This document shows, in pieces, positions 1 through 9,652 of a stretch of DNA of 64,000 nucleotides. The translations under genes and the position numbers were made by a program. The first letter of the stretch is position 1; each line of letters opens with the position of its first letter. Under the pieces are notes generated by a model that ran no database searches, was not told the origin of the DNA, and was given only the letters and a program-made list of their open reading frames with translations. This DNA comes from an uncultured bacterium (GTDB lineage: Bacteria > Bacteroidota > Bacteroidia > CAILMK01): the NCBI GenBank assembly GCA_903829945.1, contig CAIKRV010000084.1:6869-70868 (forward strand), read 5' to 3'.

Positions 1-124
1 TAATCGCGGCAATTTGAAAGAAATTTTAAAAGATATGGACGGGGCGATGAAGGATTGGAAAATGGCTTGCAGCTTAGGTAAAACAGAGGCATGTGCCAAA
101 CTTAAGAAAAAATAATGATATAGC

Positions 125-2620
125 TTAAAACGGATCCACATCAATGACCAGGCGGACTTTTCTAAATTCTTTTTGAGAACGAAAATGATGTGCCTCCATT
201 AAAATATGTTTTTTTATTTCTTCGATATTAATACCGGTACGTTCCAGCTTAATTAAAATATTCATCAAATATTGATTTCGGATTCTGCCGATGCTGGGTA
301 TTTCCGGCCCCAATACACGAGGGCCTAATTCATCCTTTAGGCGTTGGGCAAAATAATCTGCGGCCACTTTTACCTTTTCTAAATCGGCATCCTTAAATGT
401 GATTTTAATTAATTTGTAAAAGGGAGGATATTTGTAATATAAACGTTCGGAAATTTCTGCTTCGTAGAAGCCTTCATAATTATTTTCCAATAAAAATTTA
501 AATACCGGATGCTCAATGGAAAATGTTTGTATCACTACTTTTCCTCTTACGCCCCTCCTGCCGGCGCGGCCACTTACTTGGCTCATTAATTGATAAGATC
601 TTTCTACGGCTCTAAAATCCGGATAACGCAATAATTGGTCAGCACTGAGGATACCCACTAATCGAACTTTCTCAAAATCCAATCCTTTGGTGACCATTTG
701 CGTACCTACCAGAATCTGTGCATCACCATCTTCCAAAGCTTGGATAATGGCATTGAAGGCATACTTCTTTTGCGTAGTATCCTGGTCCATTCTCAAACTT
801 TTATTGTTCGGGAAAAATATCTGCAATTCATCTTCTATTTTTTCAGTACCAAAGCCGAGCATTTTTAAACTGGGCTGACCGCAAGCCTTGCATTTTTTCG
901 GAATCGATTCTTTATATCCGCAATAGTGACATATAACATGTTTAAAACTTTGATGGTAGGTTAAACTAATATCACAATTTATACAGGTTGGCACCCAACC
1001 GCAATTTTGACATTCCAAGAGTGGTGCATAACCCCTCCTGTTTTGAAATAAAATAACCTGTCCGTCGGATGCCAAGGTATTTTGCATTTGTGTAAATAGC
1101 AAAGAACTTAAATGACTTTTCGCTGTCTTTTTACGATGCTCTTCCCGCATATCTGCCAATAACATTTCGGGCAATTGAATATTTCCGAATCTGCTTTGCA
1201 ATTTTACGAGGCCGTATTTATTTCGCAAGGCATTGAAATAACTTTCAAACGATGGCGTGGCCGTGCCTAATATTGTTTTACCACCGTGTAGCGTACTTAA
1301 ATAAATGCCGGCATCACGCGCATGGAAGCGAGGAGCAGCATCAAATTGCTTATACGTACTTTCATGTTCTTCATCTATAATTAGTAGTCCTAATTCTTTA
1401 AATGGCAAAAACAATGCAGAACGAACTCCCAGTACTACCTGATAATCCCCTTTCAGTACCTTATTCCAAATTTCTACTTGTTCATTATTATTAAATTTAG
1501 AATGATAAATACCAATTTTATTACCAAACTTTTTTCGCAAGCGCTGGACCAATTGAGCAGTTAAAGCAATTTCCGGAACCAGATATAGTGCTTGCTTACC
1601 TTCGGAAATACATGAATTAATTAAATCCATATAAACATGTGTTTTTCCGCTTCCGGTGATGCCATGCAATAACACCACATTTTTCTCCAATTGATATTGC
1701 TTTATTTCTTCCAGTGCCTTGGCTTGATCTTCATTTAATTGATAATTTTCAAGCACCTCATTTTGATTTTCTTGAATTCGATCCACTTCTTCCTCATAAA
1801 CTTCAAGAATATCCTTTTTCACCAAGGCATCCAATGCCGCAGCGGCAGCACCACTGGTATTGAGTAATTTCTTTTTACTGACAAAAGAACCTTGTTTATA
1901 AAGCCATAAGTAAGTCAATATTATATCTGCTTGCTTGGGGGCTGCTTCCAATTTTTCTAAAAGTTGTTTCTTTTCTTCAGCATCCTCAATATTAAAATTA
2001 TGTTTTACATAATTTTCCTTTTTAGGCCTGTAAGCATCCAATAATTCATCTTGCAATACAATATACCCTTTTTCATAAAGAGACTTAATAAAAACTAAAA
2101 CCGATTTTTCTTGTAAAAGCTCACTGATTTCAGCAATGCTCAGTACTTTAGTACTATCCAAAGCTTCAAGAATTAAATATTCTTCATCTGAAATTTTATC
2201 ATGGTCAATTTCAGTATCGGGATGACGCAGGATTTTAGTTTCGCTTTCCATTTTTAAGTGCGCAGGAAAGGCAGCGGCCATGACTTCACCGATGGAACTG
2301 CAATAGTATTTTGCAATCCAATCCCAGAATGTAATTTGCCATTCGTGAATCACAGGATTTTGATCCAATAAGCCAATAATATACTTAGCCTGATAAGCGG
2401 CGGGAGGCGTTTCATGCACAGCTCGAATTAAAGCCGTATAAATTTTTTTAGCCCCAAATTGAACTATGACTCTTTTCCCGATGCTTACTTCATGAATTAG
2501 TTTTTGTGGAACCCGATAAGTAAAACTTTGATGCAAAGGCAAGGGCAATAGTACTTCTACAAACAGCGCCTGATAGGAACCATCTTCAATTATTTCCTGA
2601 AATAATAACTTATTACTCAT
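125..2620 (-). CDS. priA: Primosomal protein N' (PriA), replication-restart helicase
   Basis: 831 aa. Walker A reads LHGITGSGKT and the DEEH box reads LIIDEEH. A Cys4 zinc-finger pair (CQNCGWVPTCINCD...CHYCGYK...CKACG) is typical of PriA. Confidence 0.9.
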   Translation of the reverse strand: MSNKLLFQEIIEDGSYQALFVEVLLPLPLHQSFTYRVPQKLIHEVSIGKRVIVQFGAKKIYTALIRAVHETPPAAYQAKYIIGLLDQNPVIHEWQITFWDWIAKYYCSSIGEVMAAAFPAHLKMESETKILRHPDTEIDHDKISDEEYLILEALDSTKVLSIAEISELLQEKSVLVFIKSLYEKGYIVLQDELLDAYRPKKENYVKHNFNIEDAEEKKQLLEKLEAAPKQADIILTYLWLYKQGSFVSKKKLLNTSGAAAAALDALVKKDILEVYEEEVDRIQENQNEVLENYQLNEDQAKALEEIKQYQLEKNVVLLHGITGSGKTHVYMDLINSCISEGKQALYLVPEIALTAQLVQRLRKKFGNKIGIYHSKFNNNEQVEIWNKVLKGDYQVVLGVRSALFLPFKELGLLIIDEEHESTYKQFDAAPRFHARDAGIYLSTLHGGKTILGTATPSFESYFNALRNKYGLVKLQSRFGNIQLPEMLLADMREEHRKKTAKSHLSSLLFTQMQNTLASDGQVILFQNRRGYAPLLECQNCGWVPTCINCDISLTYHQSFKHVICHYCGYKESIPKKCKACGQPSLKMLGFGTEKIEDELQIFFPNNKSLRMDQDTTQKKYAFNAIIQALEDGDAQILVGTQMVTKGLDFEKVRLVGILSADQLLRYPDFRAVERSYQLMSQVSGRAGRRGVRGKVVIQTFSIEHPVFKFLLENNYEGFYEAEISERLYYKYPPFYKLIKITFKDADLEKVKVAADYFAQRLKDELGPRVLGPEIPSIGRIRNQYLMNILIKLERTGINIEEIKKHILMEAHHFRSQKEFRKVRLVIDVDPF

Positions 2621-2981
2621 GCGTCAATTTGGCAGAAATCATATTTCGTCAATTTTATGGAAAGTTTTTTATCTTTGATTAAGAAATAGAGCTTGGTATT
2701 ACAAGCTTATTTCCTTATAATACATGATATTACTTTTTAAATCCGTAAAAATATGGCATTCCTAAATAAAATACTCTCCTACCTTAATATTTTTAGCAAG
2801 GAGAATAAGACTACAAATATAAACCTCAAGTTAATGCATGGCATCAATCGGATATCAATCTTTCTATTCCTGATGGCAATGGTATTAATGTTGGTAAGGT
2901 TTTTGAAGCACTAAGGCGGAAATAATTATTAGCGGAATTGTTGAAAATATGTGCAAGGTGCTACCTTAAAACCCTTTAAAT

Positions 2982-3653
2982 ATGTATTTATTATTACCTC
3001 TCTTAGTCATGTTAGCCTCCTGGGCCGTCAGCTCACGCTTTAAAAGTAAATTTAAATTATATACTGAAACTTTATCTGCTTCCGGACTAAGCGGAAAAGA
3101 AATTGCTGAAAAGATGCTCCATGACCATGGTATTTTTGATGTAAATGTGGTAACGGTCGATACCATGCTTGGAGATCATTACAATCCGGTAAATAAAACA
3201 GTAAATTTAAGTTCCGAGGTATATTATGGAAGGACCGTGGCAGCTTGCGCCGTGGCAGCGCATGAATGTGGCCATGCGGTACAACATGCCCGCGCTTATG
3301 CCTGGCTCAATATAAGAAGCAGTTTGGTGCCCTTTGTAAGCCTTACCGGCAATTATATCTCCTGGATTATATTGGCCGGAATTTTAACCATAGGTATCTT
3401 TCCGTACTTATTATTGTTCGGCATTTTATTATTTGCACTGACTACTTTATTCAGTTTTATTACCCTTCCGGTAGAAATGGATGCCAGCAGGCGTGGATTG
3501 GCTTGGCTGGAAAGCAGCAGACTTAGCAGCGGTAATGAATTAAATATGGCGAAAGATGCTTTATATTGGGCAGGTATGACCTATGTGGTTGCGGCATTAG
3601 GTTCCTTAGCAACTTTAATATATTATATAAATACCTTCTTACGCAGAAGCTAA
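2982..3653 (+). CDS. Membrane zinc metallopeptidase, YugP-like (putative neutral zinc metallopeptidase family)
   Basis: 223 aa with an HExxH motif (HECGH). It has an N-terminal signal-anchor and two C-terminal TM helices. Size and layout match the Zn_peptidase_2/YugP family. Confidence 0.65.
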   Translation: MYLLLPLLVMLASWAVSSRFKSKFKLYTETLSASGLSGKEIAEKMLHDHGIFDVNVVTVDTMLGDHYNPVNKTVNLSSEVYYGRTVAACAVAAHECGHAVQHARAYAWLNIRSSLVPFVSLTGNYISWIILAGILTIGIFPYLLLFGILLFALTTLFSFITLPVEMDASRRGLAWLESSRLSSGNELNMAKDALYWAGMTYVVAALGSLATLIYYINTFLRRS

Positions 3654-3670
3654 TAAAGAAGTTATAAAAA

Positions 3671-3704
3671 GACAGCCCGCCAAAATTGACGGGCTGTTTT
3701 TTTA
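3671..3704. terminator. Bidirectional rho-independent terminator between convergent genes
   Basis: ACAGCCCG - 10-nt loop - CGGGCTGT, followed by TTTTTTT. It sits between the metallopeptidase stop (3653) and the POT transporter stop (3721). Confidence 0.6.
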
Positions 3705-3720
3705 TTATATTTCAAAGACC

Positions 3721-5667
3721 TTATTTAATGCCATGCATTCTTCCTAAGAGCCATTTATGAATGGCAAATAAGATAATAGATGCGGCACCGGCCATATACA
3801 CGAATATCATAAAGAAATCAAACAAATTATTGATGGACTTACCTAAGAACTTAGGCTTGACCGGAGCTAAATTCCACAATTCAATTTTTTGAGAAACTTT
3901 CACGCCTTCCAATGTTTTCTGTTCGTCCTTTTTATAGCTGTATAGGTATTTACCATCTTCACTTACATAAGCTTTGGAGAACTTACTATTGAGCGTTCGG
4001 ATGAGTTTTAAATGATAAACAGAAATACTTCTTTTGGTACCTGTTGGTTCAAAAGAAGTAACCACGCTATCATCACCTTTCTCAGATTTGGTTTTATTTA
4101 ATTTCGCAGTTTCAATATTTACAAATTTATCGGCGGTCATTTTCCAAACCCCGGCGGTATCAAAACTTCCTTTGGTAATAACATTAGAAGCATCCATACC
4201 TGAAAGGTACATTTTTTCCATTTTTACTTCTTCAGGATATAAACCGCCTAAGCTTCCCGCAAATTTATTTGCCGTAGCCGTTGACATAAACCAAACGCCC
4301 ATTAGTAAAGATGTAAAACGTAGCGGTGATAATTTTACCACCATTGATAATCCAATAGGCGAAAGGCAAAGCTCACCAATGGTATGGATAAGGTATAAAC
4401 CTACCAACCAAACCATGCTAACTTTAGTCCAAGGTTGAACATCATGTACCCCCCAAGCAATATATAAATAACCCAAGGCGAGGAATGCCAATCCGAAGGA
4501 TTGTTTTACCGGGGAAGCAGGCTCCATATTTCTTTTACTTAAAGCCGTCCAAACTGCAACCGCTACCGGGGCCAGAATTACGATAAATGCTGCATTAAAT
4601 ATTTGGAACAAGCTGGCAGGCATATTCCAACCAAATATATGTCTATCGGTTTGTTCTTGTGCAAAGAAGGTTAATGATGCCCCGGCTTGCTCAAATGCCG
4701 ACCAGAAAAATATAACGAAAAATGCAATAACATAAATTACTAAAATACGATCCTTTTCAATTTTAGTCAGTGATCCATCCGTAATAATAATGGTTGGCAA
4801 TACGATACATGACGAAAAGATGACTGCACCAATGACATCAAAATCGAGCACCATATTAAATAAGAAGTATAAACCAACTAATCCAAGCAAGCCACCGATA
4901 ATTTTTGCCGGGCTCATGGCACTGGATTTGGTTGCTGCATCCGTACTTTTTGGAGCTGCCGCTTTTTGAGGAGGCATACCCACTGCTTTGCCGTCAGGCG
5001 TATGTACATATTTATTTTTAAGCCAAATAAATGCAATTAAACTAATCACCATACCTATACCTGCTGCAAGGAAACCATATTTAAATGCAGTTGGAATCGG
5101 ATTATCCATGGCATCGTATTTTTCACCTAAGGTACCGCATACCAAAGGAGCGATTAATGCTCCAAGATTAATCCCTTGATAAAAGATAGTAAATGCAGAA
5201 TCCACACGATGGTCACCATCGCGATAAAGTTGACCAACCATGGTGGAAATATTCGGTTTAAAGAAACCATTTCCTAAAATCAAAAATCCTAAACCGCCGA
5301 ACATAATTAATTTAGCAGTTGCCGGATCGGTGTACATGGTACCACTGGTAAACATTAAAAATTGTCCCATCGCCATGAGTATGCCACCCACGATAATGGA
5401 ACGTCTATTGCCCCAGTATTTATCAGAAATAAATCCGCCTAATAATGGAGTTAAGTAAACTAAACCGGTGTAACTACCATAAATTTGGGAAGCAAATGCT
5501 TTATCAAATAACAAAGCATTAACCATATAAAGGGTAAAAATGGCCCTCATTCCATAATAGCTGAAACGTTCCCACATTTCAGTAAAATAGAGCAGGTACA
5601 ATCCTTTTGGATGGCCCTTATCACTGTGTTCTTCACCGTGCATTACCGTTGTTGTTTCTTCTGTCAT
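3721..5667 (-). CDS. Proton-dependent oligopeptide transporter (POT/PTR2 family di/tripeptide permease) with a C-terminal soluble insertion
   Basis: The POT signature is present (ERFSYYGMRAIFTLYM) along with about 14 TM segments. The track start at 5733 is a TTG, and the first ATG (MTEETTT...) is at about 5667. A ~150-aa hydrophilic insertion precedes the last TM. Confidence 0.85.
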   Translation of the reverse strand: MTEETTTVMHGEEHSDKGHPKGLYLLYFTEMWERFSYYGMRAIFTLYMVNALLFDKAFASQIYGSYTGLVYLTPLLGGFISDKYWGNRRSIIVGGILMAMGQFLMFTSGTMYTDPATAKLIMFGGLGFLILGNGFFKPNISTMVGQLYRDGDHRVDSAFTIFYQGINLGALIAPLVCGTLGEKYDAMDNPIPTAFKYGFLAAGIGMVISLIAFIWLKNKYVHTPDGKAVGMPPQKAAAPKSTDAATKSSAMSPAKIIGGLLGLVGLYFLFNMVLDFDVIGAVIFSSCIVLPTIIITDGSLTKIEKDRILVIYVIAFFVIFFWSAFEQAGASLTFFAQEQTDRHIFGWNMPASLFQIFNAAFIVILAPVAVAVWTALSKRNMEPASPVKQSFGLAFLALGYLYIAWGVHDVQPWTKVSMVWLVGLYLIHTIGELCLSPIGLSMVVKLSPLRFTSLLMGVWFMSTATANKFAGSLGGLYPEEVKMEKMYLSGMDASNVITKGSFDTAGVWKMTADKFVNIETAKLNKTKSEKGDDSVVTSFEPTGTKRSISVYHLKLIRTLNSKFSKAYVSEDGKYLYSYKKDEQKTLEGVKVSQKIELWNLAPVKPKFLGKSINNLFDFFMIFVYMAGAASIILFAIHKWLLGRMHGIK

Positions 5668-5711
5668 CTTATAAATTGTTTGTTTTGGATTATAATCAGG
5701 GGGCAAATTAA

Positions 5712-5719
5712 CAAAAATA
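5712..5719 (-). promoter_or_regulatory. -7 box TATTTTTG ~44 nt upstream of the first ATG of the POT transporter
   Basis: Reverse complement of CAAAAATA. It supports the corrected start at 5667. Confidence 0.35.
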
Positions 5720-5905
5720 CCAATGAGTATCAAAACTTAGTCTAAAAATGCCAAGGTCTAATAATCAAATTATTGATTTTCAATATATTGAATTTAATTA
5801 TCCGCCTATATTTTGAAAATTAAGTGAGAATATTGACGGTAAAACACAATCCTTGGCTTTAATTTTCACCTAATAAATTGATATTCAATATTTAAATTAA
5901 TATTC

Positions 5906-8134
5906 CTATAAGTTTTCTACTATATATTTACTGATGCGATTATATAAATGCAATCTGGTATTCCCCCCACTGATGCCATGGCTTTTATTGGGATAAAATT
6001 CAGAATCATACTTTTTATTAAGTCGAATCATTTCATTTATAAACATATAAGAATTTTGTGGGTGCACATTATCATCAAAGGTTCCATGAATGAGTAAGAG
6101 CTTACCTTTTAAGCGATCTACATAACTCAACACAGAGCTTTTATCATAATTATCTTTATTATCTATCGGCCTTTGCATATATCGTTCGGTATAAATATTA
6201 TCATAATACCGCCAATCGGTTACCGGTGCCACGGCTACGGCCAATTTAAAAACATCTGCTCCTTTCGTAATACACATGGAGGACATATATCCGCCAAAAC
6301 TCCATCCATAAATTCCAATTCGAGCAGCATCCACATAGGATTGGGTAGCCAACCACTGTGCCGCCGCCATTTGGTCATCACTTTCTATTTGCCCTAATTT
6401 TTTATAGGTTACTTTTTTAAAGTCCACCCCTCTGCCACCGGTACCTCTATTATCTACCACTACTACGATAATGCCCTGATTGGCTAAATAACGATACCAC
6501 ATTTCTAAACGATCCCATGCATCATTTACCATTTGACTACCCGGTCCGCCATAAATACTAAACATTACCGGATACTTTTTGTCCTTATTAAAATCTGTAG
6601 GCTTAATCATGGATGCATTTAAATAAACATCATTACCGATAGGTATTTTTAAAAATTCTCTTTCCGGAAAATGAAAAGATGCCACCTTGTTTTTTAAAGC
6701 TGAATTATCTTCTAAAGTTTTTATTCGCTTGCCACTGGTTTCATAAATATGAACATTCAATGGTGTATTATAAGAAGAATTGCTCAACACAAAATAATTG
6801 TAATCTGCACTGAATGTTGCACTATTTTGTCCGCTCTGATTTTTAAGTAATGGTTTTAAATCTTTCCCGTCCAGTTTTACGGAATAAATAAATTTAACCA
6901 GAGGACTGGGATTTTCTGATTGAAAATAAATAATTCCTTTGCTTTCATCCATCCCTAAAATTGAAGTTACCTCAAATGGTGCAGGAGTTAATTTCTTCAT
7001 TAATTTACCCTCTTTTGAAAAATGATAAATTTGTGAATAGCCCTCGGATTCGGAAGTCATAACAAAGGAATTATCCTTAAGAAAAAACAAATTATCCGTA
7101 ATATCAATATAGGTACTACTCTTTTCGGTATAAATTGTAGTTATCACAGGACTTGCTGCATTTCTTTTATCCATGGCAGGCGGAGGAATGACTGCAGGCC
7201 AGGTCACCAATAATAATTCCAATTCATTTTGCATCCGATTCAATCGTTGTACTGATAAAATATTATTATCGTTGGTCCATTTTATTCTTGGAATATATTG
7301 ATCCTTTTCTTCATGCAAGTACAATTTTTCCTGCATGGCTCTATCAATATGATATACCCAAATACTAACTACAGAATTATCTTCCCCGCTTTTAGGATAT
7401 TTGTATTTATATTGGGTAAAATAAGTACTGTCATATCGAGGTAATTCTACCTCCTTTACCTTGCTTTCATCAAATTTGTAAAATGCAATTTTATCTCCTT
7501 TAGGGGACCAGGCAAAAGCTTGGACCACCACCAATTCTTCTTCATAAACCCAGTCAGATTTGCCGTTAATAATATGATTCATTTCTCCATCCATCGTTAT
7601 CTGCTGAATGGCATCATTACTCAAGTCTTGAATAAATAAATTATTTTTATAAACAAAGGCAATTCTTTTTTCATCCGGGGAAAGCGTTGGATAAAATACT
7701 TTTTTACCTTCATTAATTTGATGCATTTTATTATTCTGTAAATCCATTAAATAATATTCCGCTTCACTGGAATGGCGATAAATATGATTGCTATTGGTGC
7801 CTAAAAGTACTTTAGTGCAAGTAGGACTAAAATGATATTCTTCCAAATTAAACCCTTTAGGAAACATGTTACCACTGCATTTGAGTAAAGTATCGCTTGC
7901 TCCATTTTTAAAGGCATGCTTTACGATGGCATTTATTTTACTTTGCGGATTAAATTCATTGGTGGTATAATATCCGCCTTTAGGATACATTTGCATATCC
8001 GGTACGTATTTGGTGGCAAATTCCGAACTGCCGAAAATTCTTTCCAATGTAAGATTATTGTCCTGCGCATGTAGGGATAAACTTACCAGTAATAAAATGC
8101 AAAAGAATGTATTTCTCATTTGATTCATTGTCAT
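5906..8134 (-). CDS. S9 family serine peptidase, dipeptidyl-peptidase IV-like (prolyl dipeptidyl aminopeptidase)
   Basis: 742 aa with a signal peptide. An N-terminal DPP-IV-type beta-propeller region is followed by a C-terminal alpha/beta hydrolase with the GWSFGGYM nucleophile elbow and a Ser/Asp/His (HG) arrangement. Confidence 0.85.
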   Translation of the reverse strand: MTMNQMRNTFFCILLLVSLSLHAQDNNLTLERIFGSSEFATKYVPDMQMYPKGGYYTTNEFNPQSKINAIVKHAFKNGASDTLLKCSGNMFPKGFNLEEYHFSPTCTKVLLGTNSNHIYRHSSEAEYYLMDLQNNKMHQINEGKKVFYPTLSPDEKRIAFVYKNNLFIQDLSNDAIQQITMDGEMNHIINGKSDWVYEEELVVVQAFAWSPKGDKIAFYKFDESKVKEVELPRYDSTYFTQYKYKYPKSGEDNSVVSIWVYHIDRAMQEKLYLHEEKDQYIPRIKWTNDNNILSVQRLNRMQNELELLLVTWPAVIPPPAMDKRNAASPVITTIYTEKSSTYIDITDNLFFLKDNSFVMTSESEGYSQIYHFSKEGKLMKKLTPAPFEVTSILGMDESKGIIYFQSENPSPLVKFIYSVKLDGKDLKPLLKNQSGQNSATFSADYNYFVLSNSSYNTPLNVHIYETSGKRIKTLEDNSALKNKVASFHFPEREFLKIPIGNDVYLNASMIKPTDFNKDKKYPVMFSIYGGPGSQMVNDAWDRLEMWYRYLANQGIIVVVVDNRGTGGRGVDFKKVTYKKLGQIESDDQMAAAQWLATQSYVDAARIGIYGWSFGGYMSSMCITKGADVFKLAVAVAPVTDWRYYDNIYTERYMQRPIDNKDNYDKSSVLSYVDRLKGKLLLIHGTFDDNVHPQNSYMFINEMIRLNKKYDSEFYPNKSHGISGGNTRLHLYNRISKYIVENL

Positions 8135-8236
8135 CTAGACTAAAATTTCACGCAATTTAATATTTTACGGAATACTTTTGCATGAAATATCATAAGTATC
8201 TAATATTCTGATTTTTAAATTTTTTACAAATTATAG

Positions 8237-8244
8237 TATCTTTG
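8237..8244 (+). promoter_or_regulatory. -7 box TATCTTTG 4 nt before the ATG of the FAD-oxidase gene (leaderless arrangement)
   Basis: Seen in the sequence. Coordinates are +/-1. Confidence 0.45.
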
Positions 8245-8248
8245 CCCT

Positions 8249-9652
8249 ATGCAAGCAAATTATAAGGTTGTTTCTTCTGAAGATATTAATTATTTAAGTG
8301 CCATTGTCGGTTCAGATTATTCCTTAACGGATACTGAAAATAAATTAAAATATGGCTCTGATTATACCGGTGATTTTTATTTTGAACCTGCCTTAATTCT
8401 TATTCCATCCAATACTGAAGAAATAAGTAAAATTGTAAGCTACTGCTATCGGGAAAGTATTCCTGTTACGGTAAGGGGTGCCGGAACCAGTTTAAGTGCG
8501 GCTACCGTTCCGGTATATGGTGGTATTATTATAGCCATGGAGCGCTTTAATAAAATAATTTTACTGGATCAAAGAAATTTGCAAGCTATAGTTGAACCGG
8601 GGGTCATCAATGATGTTTTGCAGGCAGCGGCCATTGCGGAAGGGCTATATTATCCGCCTGATCCGGCCTCTAAAGGCTCTTGTTTTTTAGGAGGTAATAT
8701 TGCACATAGTTCCGGAGGACCCAAGGCGGTAAAATACGGAACCACCAAAGAATATATTTTAAATCTGGAAGTAGTTTTGCCCAATGGCGTCATTTTTCAA
8801 ACCGGCGCCAATACCTTAAAGAATTCCACGGGATATAATCTCACACAATTAATGATTGGCAGTGAAGGAACACTTGGAATAATTACAAAAATAACGGTAA
8901 AACTTATTCCCTATCCTGCGCATCGTTTATTGCTACTGGCCTATTTTGAAAACATTGAACAAGCATGTACCGGTGTGGCATCGATATTTCATCATGGCAT
9001 TACACCTTCTGCGCTTGAATTTGTAGAAAGAGCGGCATGGGAATATACCATATCTTATACCGGTCTTCACAGAGAAATACCCGAATGGGCACAAGCATTA
9101 TTAATTATAGAAGTAGATGGCAATTATCTGGAAGGGCTGCAACAGGATTGTGAAAAAATATATGAGGTTTTAGAATCCCATCATTGCAGAGAAGTCCTCT
9201 ATGCTGAAAGTGATTTTGAGAAAGAACAAATATGGGCTATCCGCAGAAAAGTTGGGGAGGCTATGAAATCCATTTCTGCATTTAGAGAGGAGGACGCTAC
9301 GGTACCCAGAGCTGAATTACCGCAATTATTAAAACGCGTAAAAGAAATTGGCGAGCAATATAAGTTTCGTTCCTTTTGTTATGGACATGCCGGAGATGGG
9401 AATGTACATATTAACATTTTAAGAGAAAACTTAAATGATCGTGAATGGGAAGCCGTTATACATCAAGGAGCCAGAGAGATTTTTGAGGTGTGTAAAGAAT
9501 TAAATGGTACCATTAGCGGAGAGCATGGCATCGGTTATATTCAAAAAGAATATATGGATATTATTTTTCCGCAAGAGCATTTATTGCTTTTAAAAAATAT
9601 AAAGCTGGCATTTGATCCAAAATATATTATGAATCCGGGGAAAATATTTTGA
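8249..9652 (+). CDS. FAD-linked oxidase (GlcD / D-lactate dehydrogenase-like)
   Basis: 467 aa. FAD_binding_4-like N-terminus (RGAGTSLSAATVP) and FAD-oxidase C-terminal domain (GHAGDGNVHINIL, SGEHGIG). Confidence 0.8.
   Translation: MQANYKVVSSEDINYLSAIVGSDYSLTDTENKLKYGSDYTGDFYFEPALILIPSNTEEISKIVSYCYRESIPVTVRGAGTSLSAATVPVYGGIIIAMERFNKIILLDQRNLQAIVEPGVINDVLQAAAIAEGLYYPPDPASKGSCFLGGNIAHSSGGPKAVKYGTTKEYILNLEVVLPNGVIFQTGANTLKNSTGYNLTQLMIGSEGTLGIITKITVKLIPYPAHRLLLLAYFENIEQACTGVASIFHHGITPSALEFVERAAWEYTISYTGLHREIPEWAQALLIIEVDGNYLEGLQQDCEKIYEVLESHHCREVLYAESDFEKEQIWAIRRKVGEAMKSISAFREEDATVPRAELPQLLKRVKEIGEQYKFRSFCYGHAGDGNVHINILRENLNDREWEAVIHQGAREIFEVCKELNGTISGEHGIGYIQKEYMDIIFPQEHLLLLKNIKLAFDPKYIMNPGKIF

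Noticed and set aside
687-878. Short antisense ORFs inside priA and inside many other long genes. Examples are 687-878, 2966-3166, 3266-3526, 4034-4438, 4988-5179, 6173-6397, 15548-15955, 18815-19090, 25945-26403, 34078-35226 and 53298-54256.
   Set aside because: All are embedded in, or antisense to, long ORFs with clear homology-style motifs. Their products are low-complexity with no recognisable motifs, and they are typical frame-shadow ORFs.
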